NCBI RefSeq assembly: GCF_006345805.1
Contig: NC_043014.1
Span: forward strand, 30,070,001 to 30,134,000
DNA: 64,000 nt
Direction of reading: 5' to 3'
From: Octopus sinensis
Taxonomy: Eukaryota
Positions 49,463 to 62,659 of the stretch are shown piece by piece. Both the position numbers and the translations under genes were made by a program. Every line of letters begins with the position of its first letter. The stretch's first letter is position 1. The notes under the pieces were generated by a model. That model did not search any database and had not been told where the DNA came from. It saw nothing but the letters and a program-made list of their open reading frames with translations.

Positions 49463-49668
49463 CGTGTATGTTTGTGTGTCTGTGCTTGTCCCCCTAGCAT
49501 TGCTTGACAACCGATGTTGGTGTGTTTACGTCCCCGTCACTTAGCGGTTCAGCAAAAGAGACCAATAGAATAAGTACTGGGCTTACAAAGTCCCGGGGTC
49601 GAGTTGCTCGATTAAAGGCGGTGCTCCAGCATGGCCGCAGTCAAATGACTGAAACAAGTAAAAGAGTA
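49259..49668 (+). mobile_element. SINE family A, full length, young-looking
   Basis: Close to the family consensus as judged from the other copies. Confidence 0.92.
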
Positions 49669-49877
49669 ATATATATATAATAAATAATTTGGAGAAAAAA
49701 TATAATTTGATTAGTGTGTTTAAATGTTGAGAAGAGCACCAGCACAGTTTAGGCTAACTATTGTCATCCACAGTTGTGGTACACTTCTACTGGATCTATT
49801 TCAGGAACTCCACAGTGGCAGTTAGGGTAATAGTATTAATTAATAGTAGGAGGTGGATTTCGTATTAGACTTTTATT

Positions 49878-49926
49878 AGCTACAACATATGTTTCGACCC
49901 ATCAGTCTGGGTCTCTTCAGGTACAT
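49878..49926 (-). ncRNA. Solo hammerhead-like motif
   Basis: Minus strand reads gtac CTGAAGA GACCC agactgat GGGTC GAAA CATATG TT gtagc. Stem II is a perfect 5 bp and stem III is palindromic (ACATATGT), but stem I is only ~3 bp. Confidence 0.55.
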
Positions 49927-50200
49927 TGATATATATATCTGTTTCTGTCCCTCTGTCTGTACATCTGTATGTAAATGCATGAACATGAAACTACTTGTCA
50001 AATCTTCCTTTCTCTTTCTACTTTCTTTTTTCTCTAAGCAGTTATGACAGTGAAAGCTGATTAGATCATTTTATCTAAACTGGAATGCAAGATTTCCACA
50101 TTCATACTTGAACATTTTGCGTTTCTATATCTCCCTTGGGTTTGTCTTTTCAGAAAATTTCTTAATTTTTTTGCATTATTTGAAACTGTATTTAACTGTA

Positions 50201-50284
50201 TTGTTTCTGTAATACAAGTACAAAACACCATGCCCAGAACAAAAGTTCTGGGCATGGTGTTTTGTACTTGTATTACAGAAACAA
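50201..50284. other. Perfect 40-bp inverted repeat with 4-nt loop
   Basis: ttgtttctgtaatacaagtacaaaacaccatgcccagaac AAAA gttctgggcatggtgttttgtacttgtattacagaaacaa; no mismatches. Confidence 0.95.
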
Positions 50285-50475
50285 AACAAGACTGTTTTCC
50301 AAAATGGAGGTGAACACCTTTCTCCTTGTGATTAGCTTGAAAACGTATTAAGTTACTAGGATAATTTCCTACTTTTCTTAACATGAAACCAATGGTAGCC
50401 TTAATTCACAAATAAAGAAATTATATATCCACCAATGCAGTGTTGAGCATTCATTTCATTGTTCTACATTATGTA

Positions 50476-50522
<47 letters not shown>

Positions 50523-50527
<5 letters not shown>

Positions 50528-51256
50528 TGTGGATAGCTGTGTGAAAAAGTGCCACGCTCTAGCAGTTGAGGGACCCTGTGGAAGAGGTAGACCCAAGAAG
50601 ACCTGAGATGAGGTGGTGAAGCATGACCTTTGAACATTGGGCCTCACTGAGGCAATGACTAGTAACCGGGACCTTTGGAAATATACTGTGCTTGAGAAGA
50701 CTCAGTAAGCGCAAGTGAGACCATGACCTTGTATCCTATGCCAGGGGTGTAACCAGTCCACTTATGCATACCTTTCCCTCATTGGACACTAAACTCTGCT
50801 TGCGAAGACACTTGCCTCAGGCAAGTGAAATCAAAATCAAATTCAATGACTGGCATCCGTGCTAGTGAAGCACTAAGAGTACCATATGAGTGAGATCGTT
50901 GCCAGAGCAACAAGCTGGCCTGCGTGCCAATGGCACGTAAAAAACACCATTCGTGCCTGATCATTACCTGTGTCGCCTTATGGGCACTTGTGCTGGTAGC
51001 ATGTGAAAAAAAAACATTCAAGCGAGGTCGTTGCCAGTGCCCCTGGACTGGCTCTGGTGCAGGTGGCACATAAAAAGCACCATTTGCGCGTGGCCGTTGC
51101 CAGTACCACCTGACTGCCTCTTGTGGTTGGTGTTAGGAAGAGCATCCAGCTGTAGAAACTCTGCCAGATCAGACTGGAATCTGGTGCAGCCATCTTGTTC
51201 ACCAGACCTCAGTCAAATAGTCCAACCCATGCTGTCATGGAAAGCGGATGTTAAAC

Positions 51257-51295
<39 letters not shown>
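50523..51295 (+). mobile_element. 5'-truncated RTE LINE, tandem copy 1
   Basis: DSCVKKCHALAVEGPCGRGRPKKT*DEVVKHDL ORF end, followed by the 3' UTR and a (GAT)n tail. Confidence 0.9.
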
Positions 51296-51348
51296 ATATA
51301 TATGTATGAATGTGTATATATATATATATGTATGTATGTATATATGTG

Positions 51349-51380
<32 letters not shown>

Positions 51381-51390
51381 ATATATATAT

Positions 51391-52152
51391 ATGAATGTGG
51401 ATAGCTGTGTGAAAAAGTGCCACGCTCTAGCAGTTGAGGGACCCTGTGGAAGAGGTAGACCCAAGAAGACCTGAGATGAGGTGGTGAAGCATGACCTTTG
51501 AACATTGGGCCTCACTGTGGCAATGACTAGTAACCGGGACCTTTGGAATATACTGTGCTTGAGAAGACTCAGTAAGCGCAAGTGAGACCATGACCTTGTA
51601 TCCTATGCCAGGGGTGTAACCAGTCCACTTATGCATACCTTTCCCTCATTGGACACTAAACTCTGCTTGCGAAGACACTTGCCTCAGGCAAGTGAAATCA
51701 AAATCAAATTCAATGACTGGCATCCGTGCTAGTGAAGCACTAAGAGTACCATATGAGTGAGATCGTTGCCAGAGCAACAAGCTGGCCTGCGTGCCAATGG
51801 CACGTAAAAAACACCATTCGTGCCTGATCATTACCTGTATCGCCTTATGGGCACTTGTGCTGGTAGCATGTGAAAAAAAACATTCAAGCGAGGTCGTTGC
51901 CAGTGCCCCTGGACTGGCTCTGGTGCAGGTGGCACATAAAAAGCACCATTTGCACGTGGCCGTTGCCAGTACCACCTGACTGCCTCTTGTGGTTGGTGTT
52001 AGGAAGAGCATCCAGCTGTAGAAACTCTGCCAGATCAGACTGGAATCTGGTGCAGCCATCTTGTTCACCAGACCTCAGTCAAATAGTCCAACCCATGCTG
52101 TCATGGAAAGCGGATGTTAAACGATGATGATGATGATGATGATGATGATGAT
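51391..52152 (+). mobile_element. 5'-truncated RTE LINE, tandem copy 2
   Basis: Same 5' breakpoint as copy 1 at an 868-bp period; I counted three substitutions and one indel in the body. Confidence 0.9.
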
Positions 52153-52166
52153 ATATATATGTATGA

Positions 52167-52210
<44 letters not shown>

Positions 52211-52861
52211 ATATGTGTATATATATATATATATATACACATATATATATACACACACATACACACACACACACACTCACACACACACATATATATGTGT
52301 GTGTATATATATATATATATATATACACACTAAGGCTACTGGTCGACATCTCCCTCTCTCGTCGTCCACTATAATCCAGCGTTTGCAATACTTTTTTCGT
52401 CTGGTGTTAACAGCCCTTCTTATCTTGTTCTCCTTGTCCTGTCTCTCACTGTTATATATTTATTTTTCCACTGTTTATATATATATATTTTTTACTGTTT
52501 ATATGTTTGTACTGTCTTTACCGTCTTGCTTTTTTTTACCCCTCTGCGACAAGATCTCAGAATTTTAATTGATTTGCTTTTCGCAGGAAGGAATTTTTCA
52601 TTCGAAGTATACGTCTCGCTTTTATCCTTCGAAACGTTTAGTAGATGAAACTTTAGCGACTGAAGAAGGGGATTTTTCGTTGTGCTTATTGTCCTGTATC
52701 TCCTTTTTTTTGCCTGTCTTGTTCCTTGGTTTGTGTCTATGTTTTTCGTCTCTCTATGTGTTCGACGTCTTTTTGGTGTCCTGTACACATATATGCGTGT
52801 ATATGTACATGTAGAGGTAGGTACGTACATATATGTTTATATATATGCATATATTTTATTA

Positions 52862-52892
<31 letters not shown>

Positions 52893-52895
<3 letters not shown>

Positions 52896-53525
52896 AATAT
52901 AAGAGAGTGGTCACTATATGGCTCACTCTAGCACCAGTTAATCCAAAAGGTTTCAACCACAAAAATACATGTTTCCCATGAAAGTCAGTACGATTGTTAG
53001 CTCACACGGACAGGGCAAATAAAAAATAACAAAAATACAGATTATTTTGGGACAATTGTTTCGCTATTAATGAATTAAATGTAATTTTACTTACAAAAAA
53101 ATCCACTTGTAGCTTCTCAGCCAAAACTATCTGGATGAAATCCACTCAATCACACGCCAGATTTTACCATAACGATAAATACGCGTGTGGTTCAATTGAT
53201 TACATCCGACGTCGGATGTAATCAATTGAACCACACGCGTATTTATCGTTATGGTAAAATCTGGCATGTGATTGAGTGGATTTCATCCAGATAGTTTTGG
53301 CTGAGAAGCTACAAGTGGATTTTTTGTAAGTAAAATTACATTTAATTCATTAATAGCGAAACAATTGTCCCAAAATAATCTGTATTTTTGTTATTTTTTA
53401 TTTGCCCTGTCCGTGTGAGCTAACAATCGTACTGACTTTCATGGGAACATGTATTTTTGTGGTTGAAACCTTTGGATTAACTGGTGCTAGAGTGAGCCAT
53501 ATAGTGACCACTCTCTTATATTTAT
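52893..53525. repeat. Zero-spacer palindrome (318 + 315 bp arms) after a (TA)n tract
   Basis: Centre ...tacatccgac|gtcggatgta... at 53210/53211. The arms differ by one substitution and three 1-nt homopolymer indels. Confidence 0.95.
53290..53380 (+). ncRNA. Type I hammerhead-like motif with enlarged stem II loop (mirror copy on minus strand at 53040-53131)
   Basis: Stem I gatagttttgg/ccaaaataatc; core CTGAGAA (deviates from CTGANGA); stem II GCTA...TAGC; GAAA; palindromic ACAATTGT; GTC site. Confidence 0.55.
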
Positions 53526-53658
53526 TTTGTAAAAATATTATAATATATTATAAAATATTATAATAATCCAGGTTTCTCGGAGCACTAGGCCACTTGGTGT
53601 AGAATAGATATACTATTAAATTAGTATCTAATTCTCTCACCCTTATTAATTAATTATA

Positions 53659-53689
<31 letters not shown>

Positions 53690-53994
53690 GGCGCACTAGT
53701 GGCTGTGTGGTAAGAAGCTTGCTTCCCATCTACACGGTTCTGGGTTCAGTCCCACTGTGTGGAATCTTGAGCAAGTGTCTTCTACTGTAGCCTCAGGCCA
53801 ACCAAAGCCTGAAGGACCTCTTTCAATTTCCACCTACCAAATCAACTCACAAGGCTTTGGTTATCCCAAGACTATACTAGACAACACTTGCCAAAGGTAC
53901 CACATAGTGGGGGGACTGAACCCAGAACCATGTGGTTGAAAATCAACTTCTTACCACACGCCTACACCTGTGCCTGTTTACTTTTTGATCTTGG

Positions 53995-54430
53995 ACTAAG
54001 TTCTTCTCATCTGAGAAGAATCAGAGCATGTCTAGCTCCTTCAGTTTGTTTAGCAAACACTTCGACCTGATCACATGGTTCTCCTGGGTCTTATGAGACA
54101 TGAACAACCCTCTTCTCATAACACACGATTTGTATGTAATATCTTTGTGCAGTACATGTTTAATCATAGACTTTAACACATTGAGATGAATTACTAAGAT
54201 TCTCATTAATGATACTCTGGATTTCTTGGACAAACTCTACATTTCTGACAATGTCTGACTACCAAGACTGATTTTTCTTTTGGCCATGGAGGACACATTC
54301 CTACGAGAGGCAAAGAGTTGTTTTCTGATCAAAAACTTGAAACGTCTTAGCAACATTTATGAAGGCTGCACTCTCAGGTTCCCAGTGGATGGCAGCTAAG
54401 GTGATGAGACTAACATGCTTTTCCTGTGTC
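53995..54430 (-). mobile_element. Decayed Tc1/mariner (maT-like) transposase N-half
   Basis: ...HKDITYKSCVMRRGLFMS...RSKCLLNKLK...FFSDEKN. Confidence 0.7.
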
Positions 54431-54437
54431 TGCAGTC

Positions 54438-54558
54438 GATTCAAAGCTTTCATGTTATGGCTAAAAAAAAAGAGAGGCTATTTAGTTAGTCTGGGCTTAG
54501 ATTCAAAGCTTTCATGTTATGGCTAAAGAAAGGAGTGGCTATTTAGTTAGTCTGGGCT
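54438..54558. repeat. ~61-bp tandem duplication
   Basis: gattcaaagctttcatgttatggctaaa...ggctatttagttagtctgggct occurs twice. Confidence 0.9.
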
Positions 54559-54606
54559 ATTTATGGTTTTTTATAGTTTTGTTCTCAAATAGCTAAAGCA
54601 CCCTGA

Positions 54607-54649
<43 letters not shown>

Positions 54650-57600
54650 TATTCATGTGAATGTGAATGTATACATGAGTTTGTGTTTGTGCATATTAGA
54701 ATATTTGTGTGTGTGTGTGTGTTGGTTGTTTGGGAACAAGCTATGGTGACCTACTTCACATTAAGTCACCTCATAAACTATTATGCTTTTGTTCTGCTTG
54801 GCTGGATTGTTACAAGATGAAAAAGATAAACGTTCACATCAGTAACAACAGCAGTACCTTAGCCTACACTACCTCTTATTACCTTACACCTCAATACATT
54901 GTTCTTTCGCTAAAATACACTACCCCACACTATTACACACGCATAACCTTAATGTTCTCTAATAAACTACACTACATTGTAATACCCTAAACCATAAAAC
55001 ACTGTCTCATGCTATAACAATCTATACTATAATACATTGTCCTATTCTATAATACACTAAGCTACACTATATTACACTATACTATGCTATAATATATCAT
55101 AACACACCATAATACACTACACTAGAGGTTTTCAACTGGAGTCCATATGGCCTTTGGGTGGGGTCCATATAAGATTTTGTTGTCAAAATTTATCTGCAAC
55201 AAATTGGTTATAGTCCTACAGTGCACAAAATATTTACTTGTTACGGTTATCTCTACAGATTTTCAATTAAAAATTATTGTCAGCACTGATTTTGTTATGG
55301 TGTTCCATATCTGAGACGCCTGATGGAACACAGTATTGACTTGTAAAAACATTTAATATACTTTAATATAGTTGCATAACAAAATACAGTGTCCCTACAG
55401 GTGATTGACAAAATATTTAAATGATTTTTTATACAATTCTAAGTAATATTTAATTATAAAATATAATAGATTTTTTTTAAAACATCGAATGACTAGAAGA
55501 GTTTATTCAAGTGAAATAGGAATCAAAGAGTTCCATATGTAAAAAATGATAGAGATACACTTGTGGATATCTCTAGGTAAACCTCTGGAGAATGTTGTGA
55601 TTGTGAGTTTTTCTTGTAAGTAAAAATGTTAAATGGCATACATGAGATGATCATATTGTTCGCTTAATAAATTGTCCTGAATGGCTCAGAGATGAAATAT
55701 ATCTACTGCCAAGAGTTGTCAACAGATGTATTGACCAGTTATCTGCATTAAGGTGCCATAAAGCTTGGTAGAAGTTTTTGTTGTAGTTATTTAGCTCCAC
55801 ATCAACCCTAAATGATTAGAATCAAGATTATAGCACTCCAGCCATGACCATTTATTTCATTTTTTTTTTATCTCAGTGACTACATCATCTTGTGTACCCT
55901 TTATTTGAGAAACAGAAGTTTTGTTGCTATTTCTAGCAGGTTGAGTGATTGCATAGAAGCTCTCTTAATGGTGGGAATGTGGTGAAGAATATTTAAAGAA
56001 GCCAGAGTATTGGTCAATGATATAAATTAGTTGAGGAGATGAGATGGTGCATTTAGTTGAGAATGGTAAACAAGCTGGTTTGAAGTCTGTGCATGGACAG
56101 TCAATGCTGAATGCCAGAGCCAAGAACAGGCATGGTGGACATTGAAGTGACTGAGGATGATGACTTCAAAGAATGACAAATGACAGAAGCCTCTATGTGA
56201 TCACTCAACTTACTAGAAATAGCAGCAAAATCACCCCCAGACCACATCATGCCACCTTTGAAATGGAAATATACATTGCATAATAATGGCAGCTCAAATA
56301 TAGAAAATGACAAAACTATCAAGGCTGGAACATTTTTAATCATAAGTTTGCTTGATCAGGACTAACCTGTGGTTAAATGACTGCAACTGCAGACGAAGAT
56401 GAAAGAAGAGATGCTCTTAATGCAAAACAAAAGAAAATTGAACATCTGCAGGTGGTTGGAGGTATTCAGAGGGTGGTAGGGAGAGCTTGTTAAAGTGATG
56501 AACAGAGACTTTGATTCAGAATAACCACAAATGTTTGTTGTATGGTATGGAGAGTGAATTCTTCATATGTGTAGATATAACCTTTCAAGACAATGCTGAA
56601 ATATAGGGTGTTTTTGAGATGGCTTAGAGATAGAGACTGCAAAATTTTTAGGCTTCACAGTGCAATAAGATATATGGTTTGTGTGTTAGCTGGTAGGTAG
56701 GACCAAGGTTGAACTAAAGATCATGGCTAAGTTAACTCATGATTAATTAACATCCCATCCTGAGATGAGAGTGAGGGGAGGGAATGGAGAAAGTTTTTTT
56801 GTTTTTTTCCCATTTTTCTCAGCCACTTAATGTCATGCCACACAATCCTCTCTTGAATATATATAGACTGTGTGAGACAATGAAGCACATGAGAGGATTG
56901 ACACATTAACACTTAATGACACAGTCATTAAATAATTAAACTAATTCTACTAATTCTCCACCACTACTAATGTTGCTGCTACTACAACTATTACTAACTA
57001 CAAATTATCAAATAAAAATTGTTCAAATTTTTGGCACAAAGCCAGCAATTTGAGGGTAGGGGAGTTACTTGATACCCTTGACCCCAGTACTTAACTGCTA
57101 TTTTATTTTGTCAACCCCAAAAGTTTAATAATAATATTAATGGTCTTTGATTTTGTTACAAGTGGATGATTAGTCTATTACAGTCAACCTGTACTTGACT
57201 GGTATTTTATTTTATCGACCTTGAAAGGATGAAAGGAAATGTTGATCTTGGAGAAATTTGAACTCAGAATGTAAAGTGTCAAAAGAAATACCACAAGGCA
57301 TTTTCCCAGCCCTTTAATGATTCTGCAACTTACTACCTTCAATAATGATGATGATGGTGGTGGTGGTGGTGGTGGTGATGACAACAATGACGACAACAAC
57401 GATAATGATGATGATTAAGATACTATCAGATAATTGAACAAGCAAAGAAAATAAATATCAACAAGAAAATTGTATGTTGGTATTGCTATTAATTGCAATG
57501 GTCATTGACCAGTTATAACTCTATTGGTTACCAATAATTTGCCATTCATTCTGTTAGTATCTAGGTAATCAACTATAAACAATAGACCAATCCATTGGTC

Positions 57601-58764
57601 ATCAACTATAAGATATTCTGTTGGTCATCAACAGTAGACAACTCAATTGTCGCTGATTATCAATGTCCACTAATCCCTCAATGTTTAACTCTAGTGTTTG
57701 TATTCAAAAGCAAGGACATGTCACTTCAAAGTAAGAAGAAGGATTTCAAAGTGAGCACATTCCAATTTAAATAAACTTGGTTTCAGCAGAACTTCATATT
57801 CACACACAAAAGCAATAATTAAAAAAATTTTTTCACTATTTAGCTGAACATTTTTGAAGCCAGAAATACATTTGCATATTTAATCATACCACCACCACCA
57901 CACCACCACCACCACCACCACCACCACTGCTTACAGTATGTTGGTAGTTATATAAAGAGGTCACATCATTTCATTGTAACTCCTTCCCCAATATACTTAA
58001 CCTGTACTTGATATATGTCTGACGTTACTTAATGACTCTATTACCTTTAAGAGACATTTTTATAATTATCTAAATGAAAAATTCTTCTAGAAAGATGGAA
58101 CGAATGTTAAATTTTTAGCTGCTCATCAACTATTTTCAGTGAGTGGCTGACAACAAAACCTGGTGGTGGCTTATCATGTTTACACAAAACTCATCACAGC
58201 TAGGATACAAGTATTATATCCTGTGAGGCAATTCTTTCAACCAAAATATAAACAACTACACAGCTGATCTGAAAGAAGATAAAGTTGAAATACAGTTCTC
58301 GTATAATGTAGTTTATATATGATAAATTTATGGTTTCATACATTATTCCAATATAGTACCACAGCATTGTATTTATATGCACAGAATCATACATCCTCCC
58401 ACCACACTCAAAACCACTTTAAAATATCTTTTAATAGGTGGATAATGAAACATACATTCATTTTTTCCACAAAATACTTGTAAAATAGGTGCATCTTATG
58501 CAAGAGAACATCTAATACACTGGTAAATATGTTAAGTTACAGGCTTATAAATTTGTAGATATGATATAATATTCATTATTTTTCTCACCACCACCACCCC
58601 ACACACACTTCCCTTATAAGTTCTTATATACTTGAAATCTGCCTCTGGTACTAAAAAGGGTTTTCTTTCCCATAGTCCCTTATTCTGCCAGAAACAACAA
58701 CTGACTCTTCTTCAAATCCCATCCTACCATCTTTAAAAAAATGTGAGGAAACATATCAGCAATG

Positions 58765-59665
58765 TTATCCATCCATCATTGGGGTAGAGTCCTCAGGCAT
58801 CTTCTCCTGTCAGAAACAACTGTCATTGCACTTTCCAGCTGAATTCCCAAGAATGACCAGCTGAAACTATGGATATTAATTATCAAACCATCTCATTCAT
58901 GGTCTACCCCTAGATCTCCTCCTAGTTGACTCGGCTTGAAGAATTCATATTGCAATCGTTTCCTATGAGATTCTGATCAAATTTTCATAATACTAGAGCT
59001 GTGACCCATCAATGTAGAAAAGTTATTTCTAAACCTGGAGAGACTCACTGATCTCTGAGCTATGTATCCTATTGAGTATCATTATTCCAGAAATCATTTG
59101 GAAGGATCCCGTTTTGGCCAGTTGTAGTTGTTATTGTATTCCTTTGGTCATTACCCAACATTCATGACCATAGGTGAAGACAGGCATGAAAACTGAACTG
59201 AAAATGACAAGTTAGGCTTTTTTTACTAATCTCTCCTCTTCTGAGGATTGAATGCTGAAGCTGGCACATTACTTTGCTAGCATCTGCAATTCTAGCATCC
59301 AATTCAACTTCCTGCTTCCCATCACTTGTGAATATAGCCCTGAAATACGTAATCATTTCCATTTGTCTCAGTGATGTTCCATTACATGCAGAGTGCTCTA
59401 GGAAGACTATCTTGAGAGGACTGATGTATCAGTCTTTGCAACACTAATTTTCATCTCTGCCTTATAGCAGCACTTGGCAGTGAACCTATTCAATGAATGC
59501 AGATCGCTTTCTGTGGGGCCAAGTAGCACTATGTCATCTGCAGATATCAACCAACTAATCCTACACCCATCAACTGTGTTACCACATATCAGTCCAGTTC
59601 ATAAAAATTATGGAAAGGAGAGGTGACAATACATATCCCTGCTGAAGTCTAACACCCATTTATCC
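58765..59665 (-). mobile_element. Decayed RTE LINE, RT to C-terminus
   Basis: LQQGYVLSPLLSIIFMNW, ISADDIVLLG, YFRAIFTSDGKQEVELDARIADAS. Confidence 0.85.
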
Positions 59666-61464
59666 AAAAAGGTGAGATAATCACTGCCAAATATCTTTTA
59701 TCATAAATGTATTTGATTAGGGTTCACCTGAGACTAAACAACAACAACAACAACCAATCATAAGAATCAGTCACGCTAATCAGTAACATCAGTCAACAAC
59801 CCAGTCACATCAGACAATCATTTCACTATGACATTTATTCAGAGATTGTCTTCTGCCTCATTAGTTTTTGCATTAGATGATGAATAAAAATAAGAAACGG
59901 GAAGTAAGAGTATGACAGCAGACAAGAGAGAGAATGAAGAGTAAGAGAGTGGGAATGTACATCAGCATATGTGTTGGTGATTATAGGTCTTAAATGTTCT
60001 TGTAAAAATACATCACATGACATACTAGGATTTTCCAGAGATCAAGTATGTCAAGCATGTTGCTCACACAATGTGTTGAAATAAAACCAGACAGCAGCAA
60101 CAGCAACAAAAGTAGTAATGAATTTTAAACACAATAGCCAAATACCAGGTAATTCAAAGGTATTAGAATTACAAAAAATATTCTCTTGGGTAAGAAGAAT
60201 ACTGTCTGATTCTTTTAAAATTCTTTCAAAATTCTGTTGTCTGGGGAGAGTAATTTTCTTTTTGTGCCTTAGAATTTAGCACACTAACCGGTAAAATTTC
60301 CACTTATTTCTTATTTTATTTTCCTAAAATTTTCATTGCATCTTGCAACCTTTTCGATAGTTTTGAAATATTACAAATTTAACAGAATCTTAGTTCTCAA
60401 ATTCTAGTCTCCTTCTTGTATAATATATTATGGCTAATCATAAATAGTACTCATAGTAAAATGCCCAACTTGTTACTTGAGGTCTCTGGGTGAGACTTGG
60501 AACAGCTTGTGTAAAATAAAACAACAACAGCAACAACAGTAATAACAACAATTTCTTTTATTTGCCTCAGGAGCATTGAATGAAGGGAACATTACAAAAA
60601 AGTTTACAATTTGTGTGGAGGAGCTACTTAAAAGATGAGGGAAAGGAAACAGTATAGATGATGAAATGAAATGAAAAAAAATATACATAGTATGTAAGCA
60701 CATGAATGATGCAGTCCTTCTGATACAGGGATCCTCCAACTAGGGTCAATGAAGAAACCCCACAGATCCAGGATACCCTGAACACTAAAGGCATGAGCCT
60801 CACCCAGTTGTGATTCACCAGTTTATAGGCATATGCTTAGAGTAGGTTCATTCACCCAAACCATTTTTTGCCACAGTTACCCACATTTTACAAATTCAAC
60901 TGGGAGATAGCTCTTCCCTCCCCACCCTCACTTTCATTTCCAAGTGGGAATTAGAACTATCAATGAAAACTTGATTAAAAAGGAAAGTGTCTTTCTTCAG
61001 TCCTTTCAGCCTTGTCCACCACTCAACTTCATAGCTACTAGAAAAAGGAATACTGCCTTCGCTGTCTTGTTAAAGGTGGAGCGATCCTCATGACAGACTT
61101 AACTGATTGTCAGATTTGTCCTTTATGCAATTATAGCTGTTCAACATAACTCCACAAGTCAGCAATGCTCAGACACTGCACAAATATGTGCAGTATGTGC
61201 AATACGGTTTCATTGTTCTGTGTCATCTTGGATAGTCTCACCTGGTAGGGCTTCTGTGCTTGTAGAGTGAAAAATCAATACTCAGAGTGAGTCAGAGTTC
61301 CCTAAGACTCTACCTGCCTCCTACCTGCCTGCTTGCCTGCCTGTCTGCCTGCAACTTCTATCAGAACACATGGGCTACCAAGAATAGTTAACATAGAACT
61401 AGTAGAGTTATGTCAAAGTCAGCCATATGGCCTGTGGGGTAGGGTTGGGAGGATTGCATGTTAA

Positions 61465-61960
61465 TACAATGGAGTAATTATGGTAAGGTGATGGTTGACT
61501 GGTCCAAATAACAGGCAGATGGCTAGATTCTGGTAAAGGTTCAATGTAGAGGTGAGAAAGAGATCAAGAGAGTTTGTGTGTTGGTCAAGAATGCATGAAG
61601 TGGATAAAACTTGTTGATTTTGAGAAGTGAGGATTGTAAAATATTTGGTTTCTAAACTAGAGGAATGATATGTGAAAAGTATGAAATCCAATATGAATGG
61701 TAAGCATTAAAGTCACCACAGATGATAAGTTTAGAGACAAGTAATGTGAGATAAATATCCCAGACATAGAAAGAGATGTACAAGAGATAAAGGCTAATAA
61801 AGATGTGTGTTGGAGTAGAATAGGATATACGGCTAAAGTGTTAGCAAGAGATGACGTGATGAATCTAGGTTGAATTAGAATCCACAGATGTTGAAGAAGA
61901 GCGAGAGAAATTAGTTCTAGCTTTATTTCTTAGCATCTAGGAAAGTGCATTTTAGCATAT
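61465..61960 (-). mobile_element. Decayed L2/CR1-type LINE AP-endonuclease region
   Basis: Minus frames give FFNICG, ICGDFNAYH and NSLDLFLTS...GPVNHHL. Confidence 0.65.
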
Positions 61961-62473
61961 AATTTAGTTATTGCAGTTTACTATTAATACTGATACAATG
62001 TACATTGGTTTATATGTTTCTTTGTTGTAGTTTTATTAAAGTTAGTGTTTAATCCTGCCTATATATTGATTGATTTAAATAATGTCGTTATTAAGCTTTT
62101 ACTTTTATATTATACTATGGAAGACGGTAGGGATGATAATTTTTTATGACTTAATAGATTTGTCGATGTTTAGTTACATATTTAGGACGAGTTGTAATTT
62201 ACTTACTGAATTTATTTACTGATATGGTTGTACATAGGGTAAATGTGTTTGAAAGTTGTAGTTTATTTGGTTTGTTTGTTTCCAAACAACACTTATTTTA
62301 GTGCTGTTGACACCACTGGATTGAATGGTTCTGCCCAGGTGTCAAAACCATAATGATATCCATGAAGCAGTTGCTGCTGAAGGTATTTGGGATTGTTAGT
62401 ATGGCTGTGGAACAGTATTATAACACATCCTTTTGATATATATATGAATATATAGACTTTCGACTTAGCTGGT

Positions 62474-62544
<71 letters not shown>

Positions 62545-62659
62545 AATTAAATTAGGCACCAGATTAGCAATGTATCACTGAAAGGAAAACTATAATTGTC
62601 ATTAAATATGACTGAGCATATTAAAACACCTACAATGCTAGAAATAAGAGCTAAAGAGG

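Noticed and set aside
52575-52680. HHR-like halves ccttcGAAACGTT and CTGAAGAagggg
   Set aside because: The halves are in the wrong order for type I, and stem I does not form for a type II reading.
52955-53000. Second HHR candidate in the palindrome arm (ctgactttcatgggaaacatgta)
   Set aside because: The core is incomplete (CTGACTT) and there is no stem I pairing.
61700-62330. Possible mitochondrial insertion (T/G-rich, AT-rich)
   Set aside because: No mitochondrial motif was recognised, and the minus strand gives LINE AP-endonuclease motifs (ICGDFNAYH, LDLFLTS).
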